Positions 1 to 13,282 of a stretch of DNA of 64,000 bases are shown here, in pieces (positions within the stretch are counted from its first letter, which is position 1; the number at the start of each line of letters is the position of its first letter). Below the pieces are notes generated by a model. That model was given only the letters and a program-made list of their open reading frames with translations, had not been told where the DNA came from and did not search any database. The stretch comes from Chiloscyllium plagiosum (taxonomy: Eukaryota): positions 1,805,069 to 1,869,068 of the forward strand of contig NC_057759.1 of NCBI RefSeq assembly GCF_004010195.1, given 5' to 3'. Made by a program: the position numbers and the translations under genes.

Positions 1-746
1 TGATTTTACCGTTAAAATTATTAAAGTTTATGCTAACACAAAATATAGCCAAATGTTGGTTTAAGGAATAGGAACACGAAGTGAGAGACAGAGAAAAAAA
101 AGCTGGAGAAAGCCAACCTTAGATCTGATGAATTTCCATGGTAAGCACTGCAGCAGCCCCACACTCAGCACCCGGGCAACAGCAGAAACACTAAGAGAGC
201 AAATGAAGAGGGCGTGCAAAATTTGCATCTACCACTAATTGTGAAAGCTCAATGTCAAGTTTTAATGATTCTAGTATTTTTAAGAAAAAAAATGAATGCA
301 AGAAATGTCGAGAGATTCATTTCTTTTTCGAGAACAAAGTTATATCACAGAGCAAAGGTAGGTTCAGAGCACAAAATAAAATGTCGGCAACAGTTCAGAG
401 TGAGTTAAAGAGAATTTGACAACGAATTAAAATGTTAGCTAATCCAAATAATAATAAAAGATATTTTTCTGTGAACCCAAGGATAAAATCTTGTTTGATA
501 TGTGTTGCTCAGAAACTCTTTCAACTTGCATGCGTGCTTATACTGTGTTCATCCTTGTTTAAAGGGAAGGGACTTACATCACTCTGCGTCATGTTACATT
601 TACCCTACTTACAAGACTATCTGCAATATTCCTGCTCCTTTCTCACAGTAGTATTTAACAAGGGTCGAAGGACGCAGGACATCACTTCTGACATAACTTT
701 CGGTCCACTGAGAGAATGTTGCGAGGGTCCCTTACAGCTGAAACTA

Positions 747-1308
747 TTATTTAATGATCTGGAAATATCTGAGGTAAATGGACAAATAAACAACATTTTC
801 AGCTGCTCTCTGAAGCTGGTCTGGATCAGTGCATAAATAAAAGTATTCATGCAGCAGCTCAGTAGCTGCAGCATGGAACCCAATACCTGAACAATGTCGT
901 CTAGATAAATTTTCACCTTTCCAAAGTACAACATTCTTCTCCATACAGAATACCCGTAAATATAGACCCTAAAATGATGAAATATGAGGAGATTGCAAAC
1001 ATCAAAAGAATTGATTTCCTTCCATTTGTCATCTGTGGATCTTTGGGACTCTCACCGTTGCCATGAGCCCGGAGTCTTCGCCGTGCTCTGCTGGTCCTGA
1101 TAATGTGTCTGACAGTAAAAGTATTCAGCAGCAGAATCAGCATGAATGGAACCCCGGGTGTTAGAAGGTGATGTAGGAAACCAATCAATATCCATAAATG
1201 AGATGTCGCATTGGCGGACGTTATAATACCAAATAGAATGATGTTCGACAAAGCATATTGATCTGTCAACATGAAATACCAGAAAACATTCTTTACACAA
1301 CTCACAGC
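747..1308 (-). pseudogene. GPR139/GPR142-like class A GPCR, C-terminal half, frameshifted; 5' part lost in gap
   Basis: TM5-TM7 motifs split over three frames: TPGVPFMLILLLNTFTVRHII..RARRRLR..RKSILLMFAIS (913-1305), LQLLSCCMNTFIYALIQTSFREQLK (617-934), C-terminus in the 747-944 frame. Frameshifts next to a gap could be sequence error. Confidence 0.7.
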
Positions 1309-1808
1309 NNNNNNNNNNNNNNNNNNNNNNNNNNNNNNNNNNNNNNNNNNNNNNNNNNNNNNNNNNNNNNNNNNNNNNNNNNNNNNNNNNNNNNNNNNNN
1401 NNNNNNNNNNNNNNNNNNNNNNNNNNNNNNNNNNNNNNNNNNNNNNNNNNNNNNNNNNNNNNNNNNNNNNNNNNNNNNNNNNNNNNNNNNNNNNNNNNNN
1501 NNNNNNNNNNNNNNNNNNNNNNNNNNNNNNNNNNNNNNNNNNNNNNNNNNNNNNNNNNNNNNNNNNNNNNNNNNNNNNNNNNNNNNNNNNNNNNNNNNNN
1601 NNNNNNNNNNNNNNNNNNNNNNNNNNNNNNNNNNNNNNNNNNNNNNNNNNNNNNNNNNNNNNNNNNNNNNNNNNNNNNNNNNNNNNNNNNNNNNNNNNNN
1701 NNNNNNNNNNNNNNNNNNNNNNNNNNNNNNNNNNNNNNNNNNNNNNNNNNNNNNNNNNNNNNNNNNNNNNNNNNNNNNNNNNNNNNNNNNNNNNNNNNNN
1801 NNNNNNNN
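1309..1808. other. assembly gap (500 N)
   Basis: N run. Confidence 1.
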
Positions 1809-2754
1809 GGAATTAGTTTGTGAGGAGAAGTTTTTTTAAACTGGTACTCAAAATTGCAAATGCAGCATTGCATTAAAATGACTGATCAGTTAAAGTGCAT
1901 CATGTTATTGAGAAAGGAGTATGGCTTGTCATTCATTTGAATCTAGACTTAAGTAAAATAATTAAGCTATAAAATACAATCCATGAATTTGGATAAGTGG
2001 TCAGTCTACATTAGACGGTTATTTTCCTGCGAACAACAAATTCATCCAAATTATGCATTGAGATGCAGTGAAGGTGGGTAGATGCAGATGGGGTAAGGTA
2101 GAGTAGCAGTGATGCAGTCACATGCCTGGAAGATTTTGAAAAGGAAAATTTGGAAAGCAGCTTGAGTGTCATGACAGACAGCATTACGAAATTGGTAAGT
2201 AAATACATGGGGACATTAGAATTCATCCAAAACCAGTGACAAGAACTAAAGAAGAACGAGTCTGTTGAAACATATACTGAGCAGTTGCACATATCACAAT
2301 ATACCTCAGAGCATAGTAAGAGAATTCTGTGGTTCTGAACGGCTCCAAAACACAGCAATGAGAGGAACAGATTAAGGATGCTAATATATATTTTAGGAGT
2401 TTTGTCTCTCTGGGACCATTTCAGAAATCCTGTGTCATAGAAGAGGAAAATCAGGAATAATTCATGAAAATAAGTGGAAGAGCTTTCCTGAGAACAACAG
2501 AAAAGAAAAAAAAGTGAGTGCAATTGACCAATTGATGAAAAGAAGTGACAGAGCACAAGACTGCAACGGGAAACATACGCATTACAGTTGTGCTTGTGCA
2601 ACATGTTGTCGATGTGAAACTGAAGGGATTCAGTGAAGACGCTGCGCAAAACACTTTACTCAATATTTCCACCATCAGGAAAACACCCATGTGACAAGGG
2701 AACCAGTAACAAAAAAGGCCCAAAATAAGGGCAGTGTTGACATAAAAGAATGAG

Positions 2755-2788
<34 letters not shown>
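2755..2788 (+). repeat. (CT)n(CA)n microsatellite
   Basis: direct reading. Confidence 0.9.
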
Positions 2789-4209
2789 GAGCTTTAGAAT
2801 TTCTTCAGTTCAGGGGACTGACTCTGAAAAAGAAAAATATAAATAGGGGATTTGTAATCCCCTCAGATTAGAGGAATGAATCTAAGATGACTAGCCACAG
2901 TGCGTATACTGTGCCCATGTAAATAAAGGATGACTTGGTGATGGGATACCAGTGTCTGTACAAACATTTTACCAAGGAAGTACGAAATTTTAAACCCTTC
3001 TCATTTTATCAATTATGTCATCGAAGTCATTGTGAGCCACATTTCCTTATACTATACACCCAATCTAATAAACACATATTCAATTGTAGGCAACTCTATG
3101 GGCAGCCTTCGGTCCTCCCATAATCTGATGATGTCAACCTGATACCTCCCTCATCTGTTTTTGGATTTTACAATGTTTCTGACAGTTTTGTTCCTTCCCT
3201 GATATTTGCCAGCTGCATCGCATCATTGACCAATAACTTAAATAGTTACTTTTGACTAAGAACTCTTTCGAAATTCTACATTAACTTTCGTTTGGTAGAT
3301 TAGGAAGAATAATAATCTGTACCAATTGTTTTATGTCTTTAAAATCGACTCTAATAGAAAGTTACGGTGATACACCTGAAAAAATTGAGAAAATTCTCTC
3401 ACTCACTTCAGCCTGAGAATTCAAACAACAGTTCCTCTGACTTCCAGCTGCAGTTTACTATCCCTGTTATTTCCATGCTGTAAGTGGATTTTGAACTAAG
3501 GTTGCATTTTTAATTAAATCTTTACTGTTTTCACTCTAAACAATTTCCATTACTAATTATATTTTCTTATTGAAAGACAAATATTTGAATTCCACTGAGG
3601 GCGAAAATTAGTCACTTTATAACTTTATCAAGCCATAACAATGAACTTGTTTGGAATTCACAAACATAACCACATCTTATTCTGTCTCTGCCACTCTTCC
3701 CTTTATCATTAGAATTTGTTCAAATTATCGATATCTGCATTTAAGTTTCAATCGTTTATCTCTCCCCATCGTGACTTCTCTTTTTACAACCTTTTATGTT
3801 GGCAATTGTTTGTTTTTGGATGTCATAGTTACAAAATTTATTACGCCTCTCCCCTCATAATATGTCGGGTCTCTTTACTGCCTATAAGTATTTGCTCAAG
3901 GAATTCAACTAACCCTTTCACACTAACTTGTTGCTTGCCTTTTTAATTCTGCATTTACCTGAGCAGTTCAATACTCAAGGATCAGAATTTTCCTTCTACT
4001 TTTTACTAAATACAAACTTGGGACCGTGGCTAATTTAGGCCTTACAAAAATGTCCCCTAATGAAATGCTTGCGTTTAGAAGTGTCTGTTTAGAGAAATCT
4101 GATTAACTTTCGAAATGTTTCTTCCTGTGGCCAATCTCAGCTTTTAGAGCATGTCTACATGAGGGTTACAATTCTAGTTGTGAGCATCTGCTGCATGTAA
4201 TGTGAGCAA

Positions 4210-5342
4210 AATTAGGGCACATGCAAAATTAGGGCAAAATACTGACATGGATTGAAAATTGGTTGGCTGACAGGAAACCAAGAGCAGTGAGAAACGGCTC
4301 CCTTTCAGAAATGGCAGGCGGTGACCAGTGGTGTGCTGCAGGGATCAGTGCTGGGACCACAGCTTTTTACAATGTACATTAGTGATATAGATGAAGGTAT
4401 GAAAAGTAATATTAGCAAATTTGCTGATGACACAAAGCTGGGTGTCAGGGTGAAATGTGAGGAGGATGTTAGGAGAATACAGGGTGACCTGGCTAGGCTA
4501 TGTGAGTGGGCGGATGCATGGCAGATGCAATTTAATATGGATAAATGTGTGGTTATCCACTTTGGTGGCAAGAACAGGAAGGCAGATTACTATCTAAATG
4601 GAGTCAAGTTAGGTAAAGCGGCAGTGCAACGAGATCTAGGTGTTCTTGTACATCAGTCAATGAAAGCAAGCATGCAGGTACAGCAGGTAGTGAAGAATGC
4701 AAATAGCTGGCCTTCGTAACAAGAGGAATAGAGTACAGGAGCAAAGAGGTCCTTCTGCAGCTGTACAGGGCCCTGGTGAGACCGTACCTGGAATATTGTG
4801 CCCAGTTTTGTTCTCCAAATTTGAGGAAAGACATTCTGGCTATTGAGGGAGTGCAGTGTAGGTTCACGAGGTCAATTCCCGGAATGGCGGGACTATCTTA
4901 CGCTGAAAGATTGGAGTGACTGGGCTTGTAAACATTGAGTTTCAAAGACTGAGGGGATCTGATCAAGACATATAAAATTACTAAAGAATTGGACACTCTG
5001 GAGGCAGGAAGCATGTTTCCACTGATGGGTGAGTCCCGACCGAGAGGACACGGTTTAATAAAAAAGGGTAGGTCACTTAGAACAGAGTTGAGGAGAAACT
5101 TCTTCACCCAGAGAGTGGTGGGTGTGTGGAATGCTCTGCCCCAATAGACTGTGGAGGCCAAGTCTCTGGATACTTTGAAGAAAGAGTTGGGTAGAGCTCC
5201 TAAGGATAGTGGAATTAAGGGTTATGGGGATAAGACAGGAACAGGATACTTATTGAGGATGATCAGCCATGATCATAATGAATGGTGGTGCTGGCTCTAA
5301 GGGCCTACTCCTGCACCTAATGTCTATTGGCTATTGTCTATC
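4210..5342 (+). mobile_element. CR1 LINE, 5'-truncated (RT C-terminal part and 3' tail)
   Basis: SGVLQGSVLGPQLF..KFADDTKLG RT motifs; (TGTCTAT)n-like tail. Confidence 0.9.
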
Positions 5343-6224
5343 TGTTCGTCCATTTTACTTTAGTTAAAAAATAATGCCCAAGGGGCCATTTGTCAACTTA
5401 CTCATGGACGACTACAACACCAGAACTGAACCCAAGGGGATGCGTTTTGAAGTTTAGATAAGAATAGCATAAAGAGTGAAACATTTAAAGTTGAAGAAGT
5501 CAGTAGCAGTTAGTTACTTGCTGGAATTTGGGTAAAGAACCAACAGGAGAAGTTAAAGCTTTTGAGCCAAGATAGATGACTTTGAAAGGAGATAAACAAG
5601 CTTGCCGAAAAAAAAAGATACATTTCACCCACATGAATCAGTCCGAGATACAGTGCAGAAAATTATAGAAAAATGTATGAGGAGGCATCTAAAAAAATGA
5701 GGAGAACGAGATAGTGGAAAAGTAATGCAATGGTTTGAAGATTGCTGTCAATGCAATATGTAAGTCACACTATGAGCAGTGCTACAGAGGATCATAATGT
5801 TTTAGACACAGAGAAAGTAGAGAGTGAGATCTCTGCACAGCAAGACATAATGTTACTTCATACCCCCCTCGATTGAAATAAAATGGGAACTGTTGGTGAT
5901 GTAGGCTTGGGAGGTTTAACAGGCACAGTTCTAAGTACAATGAGGGAGATAATCAGGCATGGGATTCCCGTCTCGAAATAAAAGAGGAGGACCCACCCCC
6001 ATTTGCTCCGCTAGCTCCAGGAGTGACAAGTTGCACTGGAGGATGGGAAACACTGTTGTTATTAATTGTAAAGTAAGAGAACATCAGAAACATCAGCACG
6101 TGGAATGACAGTAAGATAGGTGCAAATTAGGAAAATCAGCAGAGAAAGAGAGGCATAAAGGGAGGGGCTAACTTGAAGACGAGCAGAGAATGTGAGGAAT
6201 CAGTGAATGTTGCAGTGATTAATG

Positions 6225-6330
6225 GGCCGGGTGCTGGTAGATGGGACTAGATTGGGTTGGGATATCTGGTCGGCATTGGTGGGTTGGACCGAAGGGTCTG
6301 TTTCCATGCTGTACATCTCTATGACTCTGA
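6225..6330 (+). mobile_element. CR1 3'-end fragment
   Basis: ggaccgaagggtctgtttccatgctgtacatctctatgactct terminus shared with other CR1 ends in the window. Confidence 0.7.
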
Positions 6331-6620
6331 GTGTTGTTATCAGACTGTACTTGTCAGTTTTTGCTGTGTGAAACTGGGAGTGTAGTTTTCATTCTGTTTT
6401 TATCTTTGTGAGTGAGAGTGTAGTTATTAATCTGTCCCCAACAATTACTGCAATGTGAATGTATGACTTAAGTTAACAGAAATTGACTGATGGAGAATCT
6501 TAGTCACACATTTGCGTCACATTAACTGTCGTCATCATTCGTTTGTCTGTTTCTCTGACATGAATGTGTGTGTAGTTATCAGCATGTATTTGTCAGGTTC
6601 TATTCTTGTGTATCAAAGTG
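6330..6620 (+). repeat. degenerate ~47-bp satellite (gttatcaatctgtacctgtcagtttctgctctgtgaatgtgagtgta-like)
   Basis: same motif as the larger arrays at 50.8-54.1 kb. Confidence 0.6.
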
Positions 6621-8455
6621 GAAACCAGTAATATTCTCTGTCTGTGTGATACATTCTGTGGTGGTTGTTATGAGGGTGTTGAGACTGGATCTTAATCTTT
6701 CCTACATTTTGTAATTTCTAAGTTGACTGTCAGTCTGTGGGGGTGGGTGGGTGAGAGGGGAGAAAGGGTGATGGTGGAAGGGAAACTGTTCTATTCTGAG
6801 AACCATTCTGAATTATGGTCACACATTTCCTGTTTGGGGAGAGAGTCTGGGATCTGTGGTATCACTGAGACATTTAATTTCAATTTGTCTCCAGACATTG
6901 TTGATGTTTTTTATGGGAAGAGCTTTATTCTGCATGTCAGTCCATTTCTGTCTGATATTTTTCATACCAATATGCAACACAACAGCATGTCCTCTCCTTA
7001 CTCATCAAAATCAGAGTCACTGATATGGTACAGCTTAGAAGCAGACCATTCAGCCTATTATGCCTCTACTGGGACATTCTTTTATACATCAGTTCTGCAG
7101 TAATTGTTGGAATGTGAACTTCATCAACTCATTGTCAGCGTCTAAATGGAAAGGACAATTTGACATCAGTTCTGCTGTCATCTTACTTTTAATAACTATA
7201 GTGCTAGTTTTGATATGTTTCCCACAATCTCAATCAAAGATCATTGGTCAGATCATATTTGTGTTCAGTTCTGGGCACTTTTCTTAAGGGAGGATCCTCA
7301 AGCTTGAGAAAGAGTTCATTAGCCATGTACAGGATCTCATTCACTTACATTCAGTTTGGGTTTGTGTCTGAGTGTAGCATAAACTCTGTAAAAAACTCTT
7401 TTCAATAATGCTCATTTGCATTGCATTTCAGTCTCAGATTATTGTTACATTGTGTGTGTATGCCTGTATAGTAGACTTTATCAGGCATTGCTAGGCGCTG
7501 CATATCCTCAGCTGTGATAAGTGATGTTGAGAGTCAATTCATATCTGGAAATAATTGAGGCCAAATTTTAATCTTCTCCTTTCAGCATCCAGTGGCTGAG
7601 AGCAAGTGAGTTTACTGTTGTGCTGCCAGTCTATATATCAGTTCATTTCTCCTGTAGTGAATGGGAAACAGCCAAAGTTCTTTAATTGTTAGTGCTTGTA
7701 GGAATTACGTGCAAGTGAAAATGTAACATACTGCAACAGAGAGGATTCTGTGCTGTTCTTCAGAGTCAAGGGAGGAATCTTGTATCGTGCAGAATCTAAC
7801 AAGCAGTAATGATATAAAATGTTCATCTTCAGAACGTCATTAGTTTTTGTTTCAGTGCATAGTGATGTACTTTTCTGAACACTGCTGAACTAACAATCAA
7901 TGTAAACTGAATCCACTTGCAACTAAGTGACAAACCATTCAACTGCATTGGAGCTGACTGTCCATAATGTTCCTTGTACGGAAAAGACAATTGGCAAATT
8001 CACTTCTATTTTCTGATGTAGACAGAACATTACCCTGCCCCGTAGTGTGATGATGCACCATTAACAGTACTCTTGTGTTACGCTAGTAGGGAGGAGGAGG
8101 AAAGGAAAAGAACTTTCATTTTTTGTCATGCATTGCAGAATACGTAAACTGCCAAATTCAATTTATGGAATAACCAACACTGTTCAACGCTGCTTGAAAA
8201 TAAAATGAGCAGTTCCTCAAACCCACCAATTTTGGCTTTTTTTTCTCCACTGCTTTGAAGGGTGGTTATTAGATTCCTTTGATGCATTGTGAAAATTGCA
8301 GCAAGATTTCACGCTTTTTTGCGATACATCCTCAGGAGGGGGAGGAGGAATGCAGAGCTCTTTGTAGATAATTGAAACGAGTTTCTGGTTGGACTGAAAC
8401 AGACAAAACAAAGTCATCTACTGCAGTATGAAGAAATGGAGAATGATGTTGTGAT

Positions 8456-8748
8456 AAAGATTAGATTACTTAGTAAGGAAACAGGCCCTTCGGCCCAACA
8501 AGTCCACACCGACCCTCTGAAGAGCAACTGACCCAGACCCATTCCCCTACATTTACCCGTTCACCTAACACTATAGGCAATTTAACCTGGCCAATTCACC
8601 TATCCTGCACATTTTTGGACTGTGGGAGGAAACTGGAGCACCTGGAGGAAACCCATGCAGACATGGGGAGAATGTGCAAACTCCACACAGACAGTTGCCT
8701 GAGGCGGGAATTGAACCCAGGTCTAACCACTGTACCACCGTGCCACCC
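8456..8748 (-). mobile_element. HE1-type tRNA-derived V-SINE
   Basis: A-box ggtggcacggtggtacagtgg, B-box ggttcaattcc, V-domain, (TAATC)n tail on the minus strand. Confidence 0.85.
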
Positions 8749-9369
8749 ACTAGATGGGGATGACAGCTCCGCTGATACCATGACACATTCATGCAAATGA
8801 ATGTTAGCTGATCAGGATGAAAATTGTTAGCTGGTTGTTTCTGGTCAGTGAATACTCATGTTTTGAGGGGTCTGATTCTGTGCTGTCGGACTCCCCCTCT
8901 CTGACAAAGGATGTGTGGGTGGAAATCATTTTGAATGTAACATTTTCTGTCACTTGCAATGTCAATGAAACTGCAAGGCGGTTAGACATTGTAACAGGCG
9001 TCAAGATGATGTATGTTTTGAAACTCATTGTAAGTCAGAGAGAGAGATAGAGACAGAGACAGTGTGTGTGTTTGTGTTTGGGGGGGGGGTGGGAGGTGGG
9101 GGGGTGGGGGGGTGGGAGGGGTAACATTTGGTTACGTACCTACACACTAATCATTCTGTGTCAGGCTTTGATAGGGAATGTGCATATGGAATTCATATTA
9201 TTTGATTGCTGTCTCTATATACATGACAAAAGATTAATTCTGTTGCTCTGAATTTCTGAGAGCTGTAAAGTTTCCTTCAATATAAATTTGTACTCTATTT
9301 TACATATGGTTGCCCAAAGTAATCATATCAGCTATTCGTCACCTTGATTGTAACATTAAAATTATTGTT

Positions 9370-9730
9370 ACCAAATGCAGATGATATAAAGATTGGTGGA
9401 CTTGTGGGTAGTGTAGAAACTTGTCAAAGGATACAGCAGGATATGGCCTGAAAATATGGCAGATTGAGTTTAATCTGGCAAACTGTAAGATACTGGACTT
9501 TGGGAAATCAAATTTTAAGGAAACGTATACAGTAAATGGTTGGACTCTGAAAGTCATTGATGTACAGAAGGATCTTGGGGTTCAAGTCTCTAGCTCCCTG
9601 AAAGTGGCCATGCAAGTAGATAGGGTGGTATCCAGAAGGAGGTGTTTGGCAAGCTTGCCTTATTGGTTGGGGCATTGAGTACAAAGGTCAGAATGCCACA
9701 TTGCAGCTTTATATAACTTTGGTTAGGGTC
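9370..9730 (+). mobile_element. CR1 RT fragment
   Basis: WQIEFNLANCKILDFGKSN..KDLGVQV. Confidence 0.8.
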
Positions 9731-9949
9731 ATGCTTTGTTTTGTGACAAAACATTAATTCTGTCCTTCTCAGTTACTGATAGTGAGTTCAAATATTGAAG
9801 AAAACATTTCAGCTATCTACTTCATATATGGTTGTTCAAAATAACAGCATCGTCTATTTGTTAACCTCTATTGTAATGTGAAAAGTATCCTTAGTAAAGT
9901 TCAGAACCCATGAGGACAGCCTCAAATCGGGACCTTGGGTTCCTATTAC

Positions 9950-10035
9950 AGGGCTCATGCACGAAGTGTCGATTCTCCTGCTCTTTAGATGCTGCCTGAC
10001 CTGCTGCGCTTTTCCAGCAACACATTTTCAGCTTT
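9950..10035 (+). mobile_element. degenerate family-A hammerhead mini-element
   Basis: gggctcatgcacgaagtgtcgattctcctg...cagcaacacattttcagct, matches the family-A consensus. Confidence 0.75.
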
Positions 10036-10254
10036 CATTCCTGTTACACTACACACTCTCACTCACACACATGCATGCAGACCTTCTCTCATCCACACAC
10101 TTCCCCTCATACATACATACATACATACACCCCCACACACTCACACCTATGCACACACCCTCTCACAGGCTGACACCATCACACTCATATACACAAACTT
10201 TATCAAGCGTGCACACACACTCACAAACATATTCGCATATGCACTCTCATTCAC

Positions 10255-10740
10255 TCAAGTCTATGGGGTGAATTTGCATTTGCAGAATTATATTTGCAGA
10301 TACATTCTATTTTGCTCAAAAAGAGCACAATCTGCAGGCAGTCAATCCATATATTTCTACTTTGGCAATAGAACCAGTGTGACTCAAGATTGGGATACAG
10401 ACAGACTCTAACCTCACACCTTTAATACATTATCTGAGCTGAGATGTCACCCTTTTTTAAATAAAACCCGAAGTCATCGTGAGAATGTGACGTAAAAGAA
10501 GTTATGGGATGTATATATTAATGAACTGAAACCCGCAACCTTTCATTCTAAAGGATGAAAGACTTTACAATTCAGATTTGTTCAATATATCATTTCAGTT
10601 GTATGACACTAATGTTTCGCTATAAATTCTGTGCCTCATGATCCTGTTTCACAGCTACCTGATGAAGGAGCAGCACTCTGAAAGCTAGTACTTCCAAATG
10701 AACCTGCTGGACTATAATCTGATGTTGCGTGATTTTTCAG
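10255..10740 (+). mobile_element. Penelope-like element 3' end with family-B hammerhead core (10659-10687)
   Basis: CTGATGA-A-GGAG-cagca-CTCT-GAAAGCTA; upstream sequence shared with 20110-20235 (-) and 31900-32190. Confidence 0.7.
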
Positions 10741-11658
10741 TGTGGTTGCCACATTACAAGAAGGATGTGGAGGATTCAGAGAGGATGCAGAAGAGGTTTG
10801 CCTGAATGTTGTCTAGAGGGTATGAGCTATAAAGAGAAGCTAGAAAAACCTGGGTAGGTTTCTTCTGAGCAGCAGAGGCTGAAGGCTGACCTAATAGAAG
10901 ACTGTAACATTTTGAGAAGAGTTGTAGCTCAGGTTGAGGTCTGGATCCAGGTTTTCTCACTGAGCTGGGAGCTCCATTTTCAGATGTTTTATTACCATAC
11001 TAGGTACCATTATCAATGAGCCTCCAGGTGAAGCACTGGTGGTGTGGCCTGCTTTCTATTTATGTGTCCACTACATTAGATAAACAGACAGAAACCTAGC
11101 CATAGCTAGCCACAAAAAGACATGACCACTCTCACTAGTATCCTTACATACAGATGAGGAGGGACAACACATCCATCCTAGGAAAGACCAAACAGAGAGA
11201 CACACAAGAATTCCCAGAAGCATGGTATTCCAATCGGAACTCCATCAACAAGCACATTGACTTGGATCCAATTTACCACCCCCAGAGAAAATGAGCAGGA
11301 AATGACATCACCAACCCAAAGAAACTTACACACATGAATATAAAGTGGCCCATACCACCAGTGCTTCATCCTGAGGCTCACTGATGATGTTACCTAGTAT
11401 GGTGATGAAACATCTGAAAACGGAACTCCCAGCTCAGTGAGAAAACCTGGATCCAGACCCTCAACCTGAGCTACAACTCTTCTAAAAATGTTACAGTCTT
11501 CTATTAAGTCAGCCTTCAGCCTCTGCTGCTCAGAAGAAACCTACCCAGGTTCTTCTAGCTTCTCATTATAGCTCATACCCTCTAGACAACATTCGGGCAA
11601 ACCTCTTCTGCATCCTCTCTGAATCCTCCATGTCTTTAATGTAATATGGCAACCACAA
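10741..11658. mobile_element. Penelope-like insertion (family C) forming a ~325-bp-arm inverted repeat; GIY-YIG remnant and hammerhead core at 11381-11414
   Basis: Arms 10741-11067 and 11329-11658 are reverse complements. The centre encodes ATKRHD..EF(P)EAWYSNRNSINKHIDLDPIY. Core: CTGATGA-T-GTTACC-tagtat-GGTGAT-GAAACATC. Confidence 0.8.
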
Positions 11659-11667
11659 CTTCAGGAA

Positions 11668-11797
11668 ATTCCTGAAGAAGGGCTTATGCCTGAAATGTCG
11701 ATTCTCCTTCTCCTTTGATGCTGCCTGACCTGCTGCGCTTTTCCAGCAACACATTTTTAAGCTCTGATCCCCAGCATCTGCAGTCCTCACTTTCTCC
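11668..11797 (+). mobile_element. family-A hammerhead mini-element
   Basis: CTGAAGAAGGGCTTATGCCTGAAATGTC at 11672, followed by the family body. Confidence 0.85.
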
Positions 11798-11799
11798 CC

Positions 11800-12187
11800 T
11801 CAGTATATTCCCATTTGTTGTCTATTTCCATTTATTGTCTGACTTCCCAAAATGCATTCCCCGAAACTTAGAGCTGAACTCCATCTGCCACTTTCCTGCC
11901 CACTCCACCAAACCATCTATATAGTTTTGGAGCTTACAGCTATCCTCTATACGGCCAATTTTTCTGTTGTCTGAAAATTTCACAAATCTGCCCACCACAT
12001 TCAAGTCCAAATCATTAATGTATACAACCAACAGCAGAGGTCCCAACACTGAGCTATGCAGAGCAGCACTTAAAACAACTTTCCATTCACAATGACTGCC
12101 ATTGACCATTATCCTTTATTTCCTGTGACTAGTCAATTCAACACATTGCCCGATATCCATGGGATTTTACTTCTTCGACCAGTCTGA
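11800..12187 (-). mobile_element. CR1 RT fragment
   Basis: SVLGPLLLVVYINDLD..KFSD..WQMEF. Confidence 0.85.
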
Positions 12188-12546
12188 TGTGATGCTGCTG
12201 TTCCTTTAACAAGCTTGTAAAAGACACAGGCTCGGAAAAGTCGAAGTTGATGGGTTTGAGGGCCATTTTGATTATAGCTAACAGAAAATGCCTCAGGCAA
12301 AAGGCTTCCATATTTTGAAAAAGAACACTTGTACAATGAAAGAGGAGTGGTCCAGTTTTCCCAGCTCAGCTTTTCTCTGGTTTGATTCAGTTTTTGGCTG
12401 TCTGGCTATTGACTGAAAGCAGTCAGGCAGCTAAAAAAGCTGCTGAACCCAAAGGAGACAGTCCATGCTGGTACTCTCTCTCTCTGACTTCTCTCCTGTA
12501 AGGCCCTGTGTTTGATTTTACCTTTTGTGCCAAAGGGTATTTATGG

Positions 12547-12750
12547 GTCTTCACTCAGCGAGTCGTAAGTTCATGGAATGCCCTGCCAGTAGCAGTGGTG
12601 GACTCTCCCTCTTTATGGGCATTTAAGCGGGCATTGGATAGGTATATGGAGGATAGTGGGTTAGTATAGGTTAGGTGGGCTTGGATCGGCGCAACATCGA
12701 GGGCCAAAGGGCCTGTACTGCGCTGTATTCTTCTATGTTCTATGTTCTCT
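12547..12750 (+). mobile_element. CR1 3' end inserted into the LTR
   Basis: (TTCTATG)n tail; absent from the paralogous LTR at ~21580. Confidence 0.85.
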
Positions 12751-13157
12751 GGGGATTGTTGTAAATGTTGGGAACACCATCATTAAGTTGGTATAACCTG
12801 TTGGGTTTCCATATTTTTAAGTTATTTAGTATTCTGCTCTCTTTTGTTTGTGTATCATTCAGCAATTTTGTAAATCAAACTGTTTTGTTTAAAACTACTG
12901 GTTTGACCAGCTGCATCCCTCCAGGAATATCTTCGTTACACCTGTTAAAAAAAACTAGCAAAGTTAGGGTCCGGGCTACTTTCTTGAAATGTTTGGAGGG
13001 GGTCTGGCCTTTTCCATAACAGACTGGGGGTTGTTTGCAGAATTTATCCTGTAGTTCTGATTTGGGATTTGGTTTTTTGGACTCACAGGCAGCAAGTGGT
13101 AAGTCTTAGTGTCCTTTGTTCCGAGCATTGAATTTAATTGGTTTTAACAGTGCTTGG

Positions 13158-13282
13158 AGAAAGTGAGGGCTGCAGATGCTGGAGATCAGAGACTAGAGTG
13201 TGGTGCTGGAAAAGCACAGCAGGTTAGGTAGCATCTGGGGAGTAGGAGAATCAATGTTTTGGGCATCAGCCCTTCATCAGGA
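13158..13282 (-). mobile_element. family-A hammerhead mini-element with 12-bp TSD
   Basis: TSD aacagtg(c/t)ttgg at 13146-13157 and 13283-13294; empty site at 21984-21995. Confidence 0.85.

Noticed and set aside
1052-1873. Long ORFs spanning N runs (also near 25.5 and 27.7 kb)
   Set aside because: artefacts of translating assembly gaps
2011-6000. Possible ERV remnants (212-aa ORF; PKGPFVNLLMD-like integrase fragment near 5375)
   Set aside because: too short and degenerate to call without a homology search
8700-8748. tRNA-like A/B boxes (also 34690 and 52710)
   Set aside because: heads of V-SINEs, not complete cloverleaf tRNA genes
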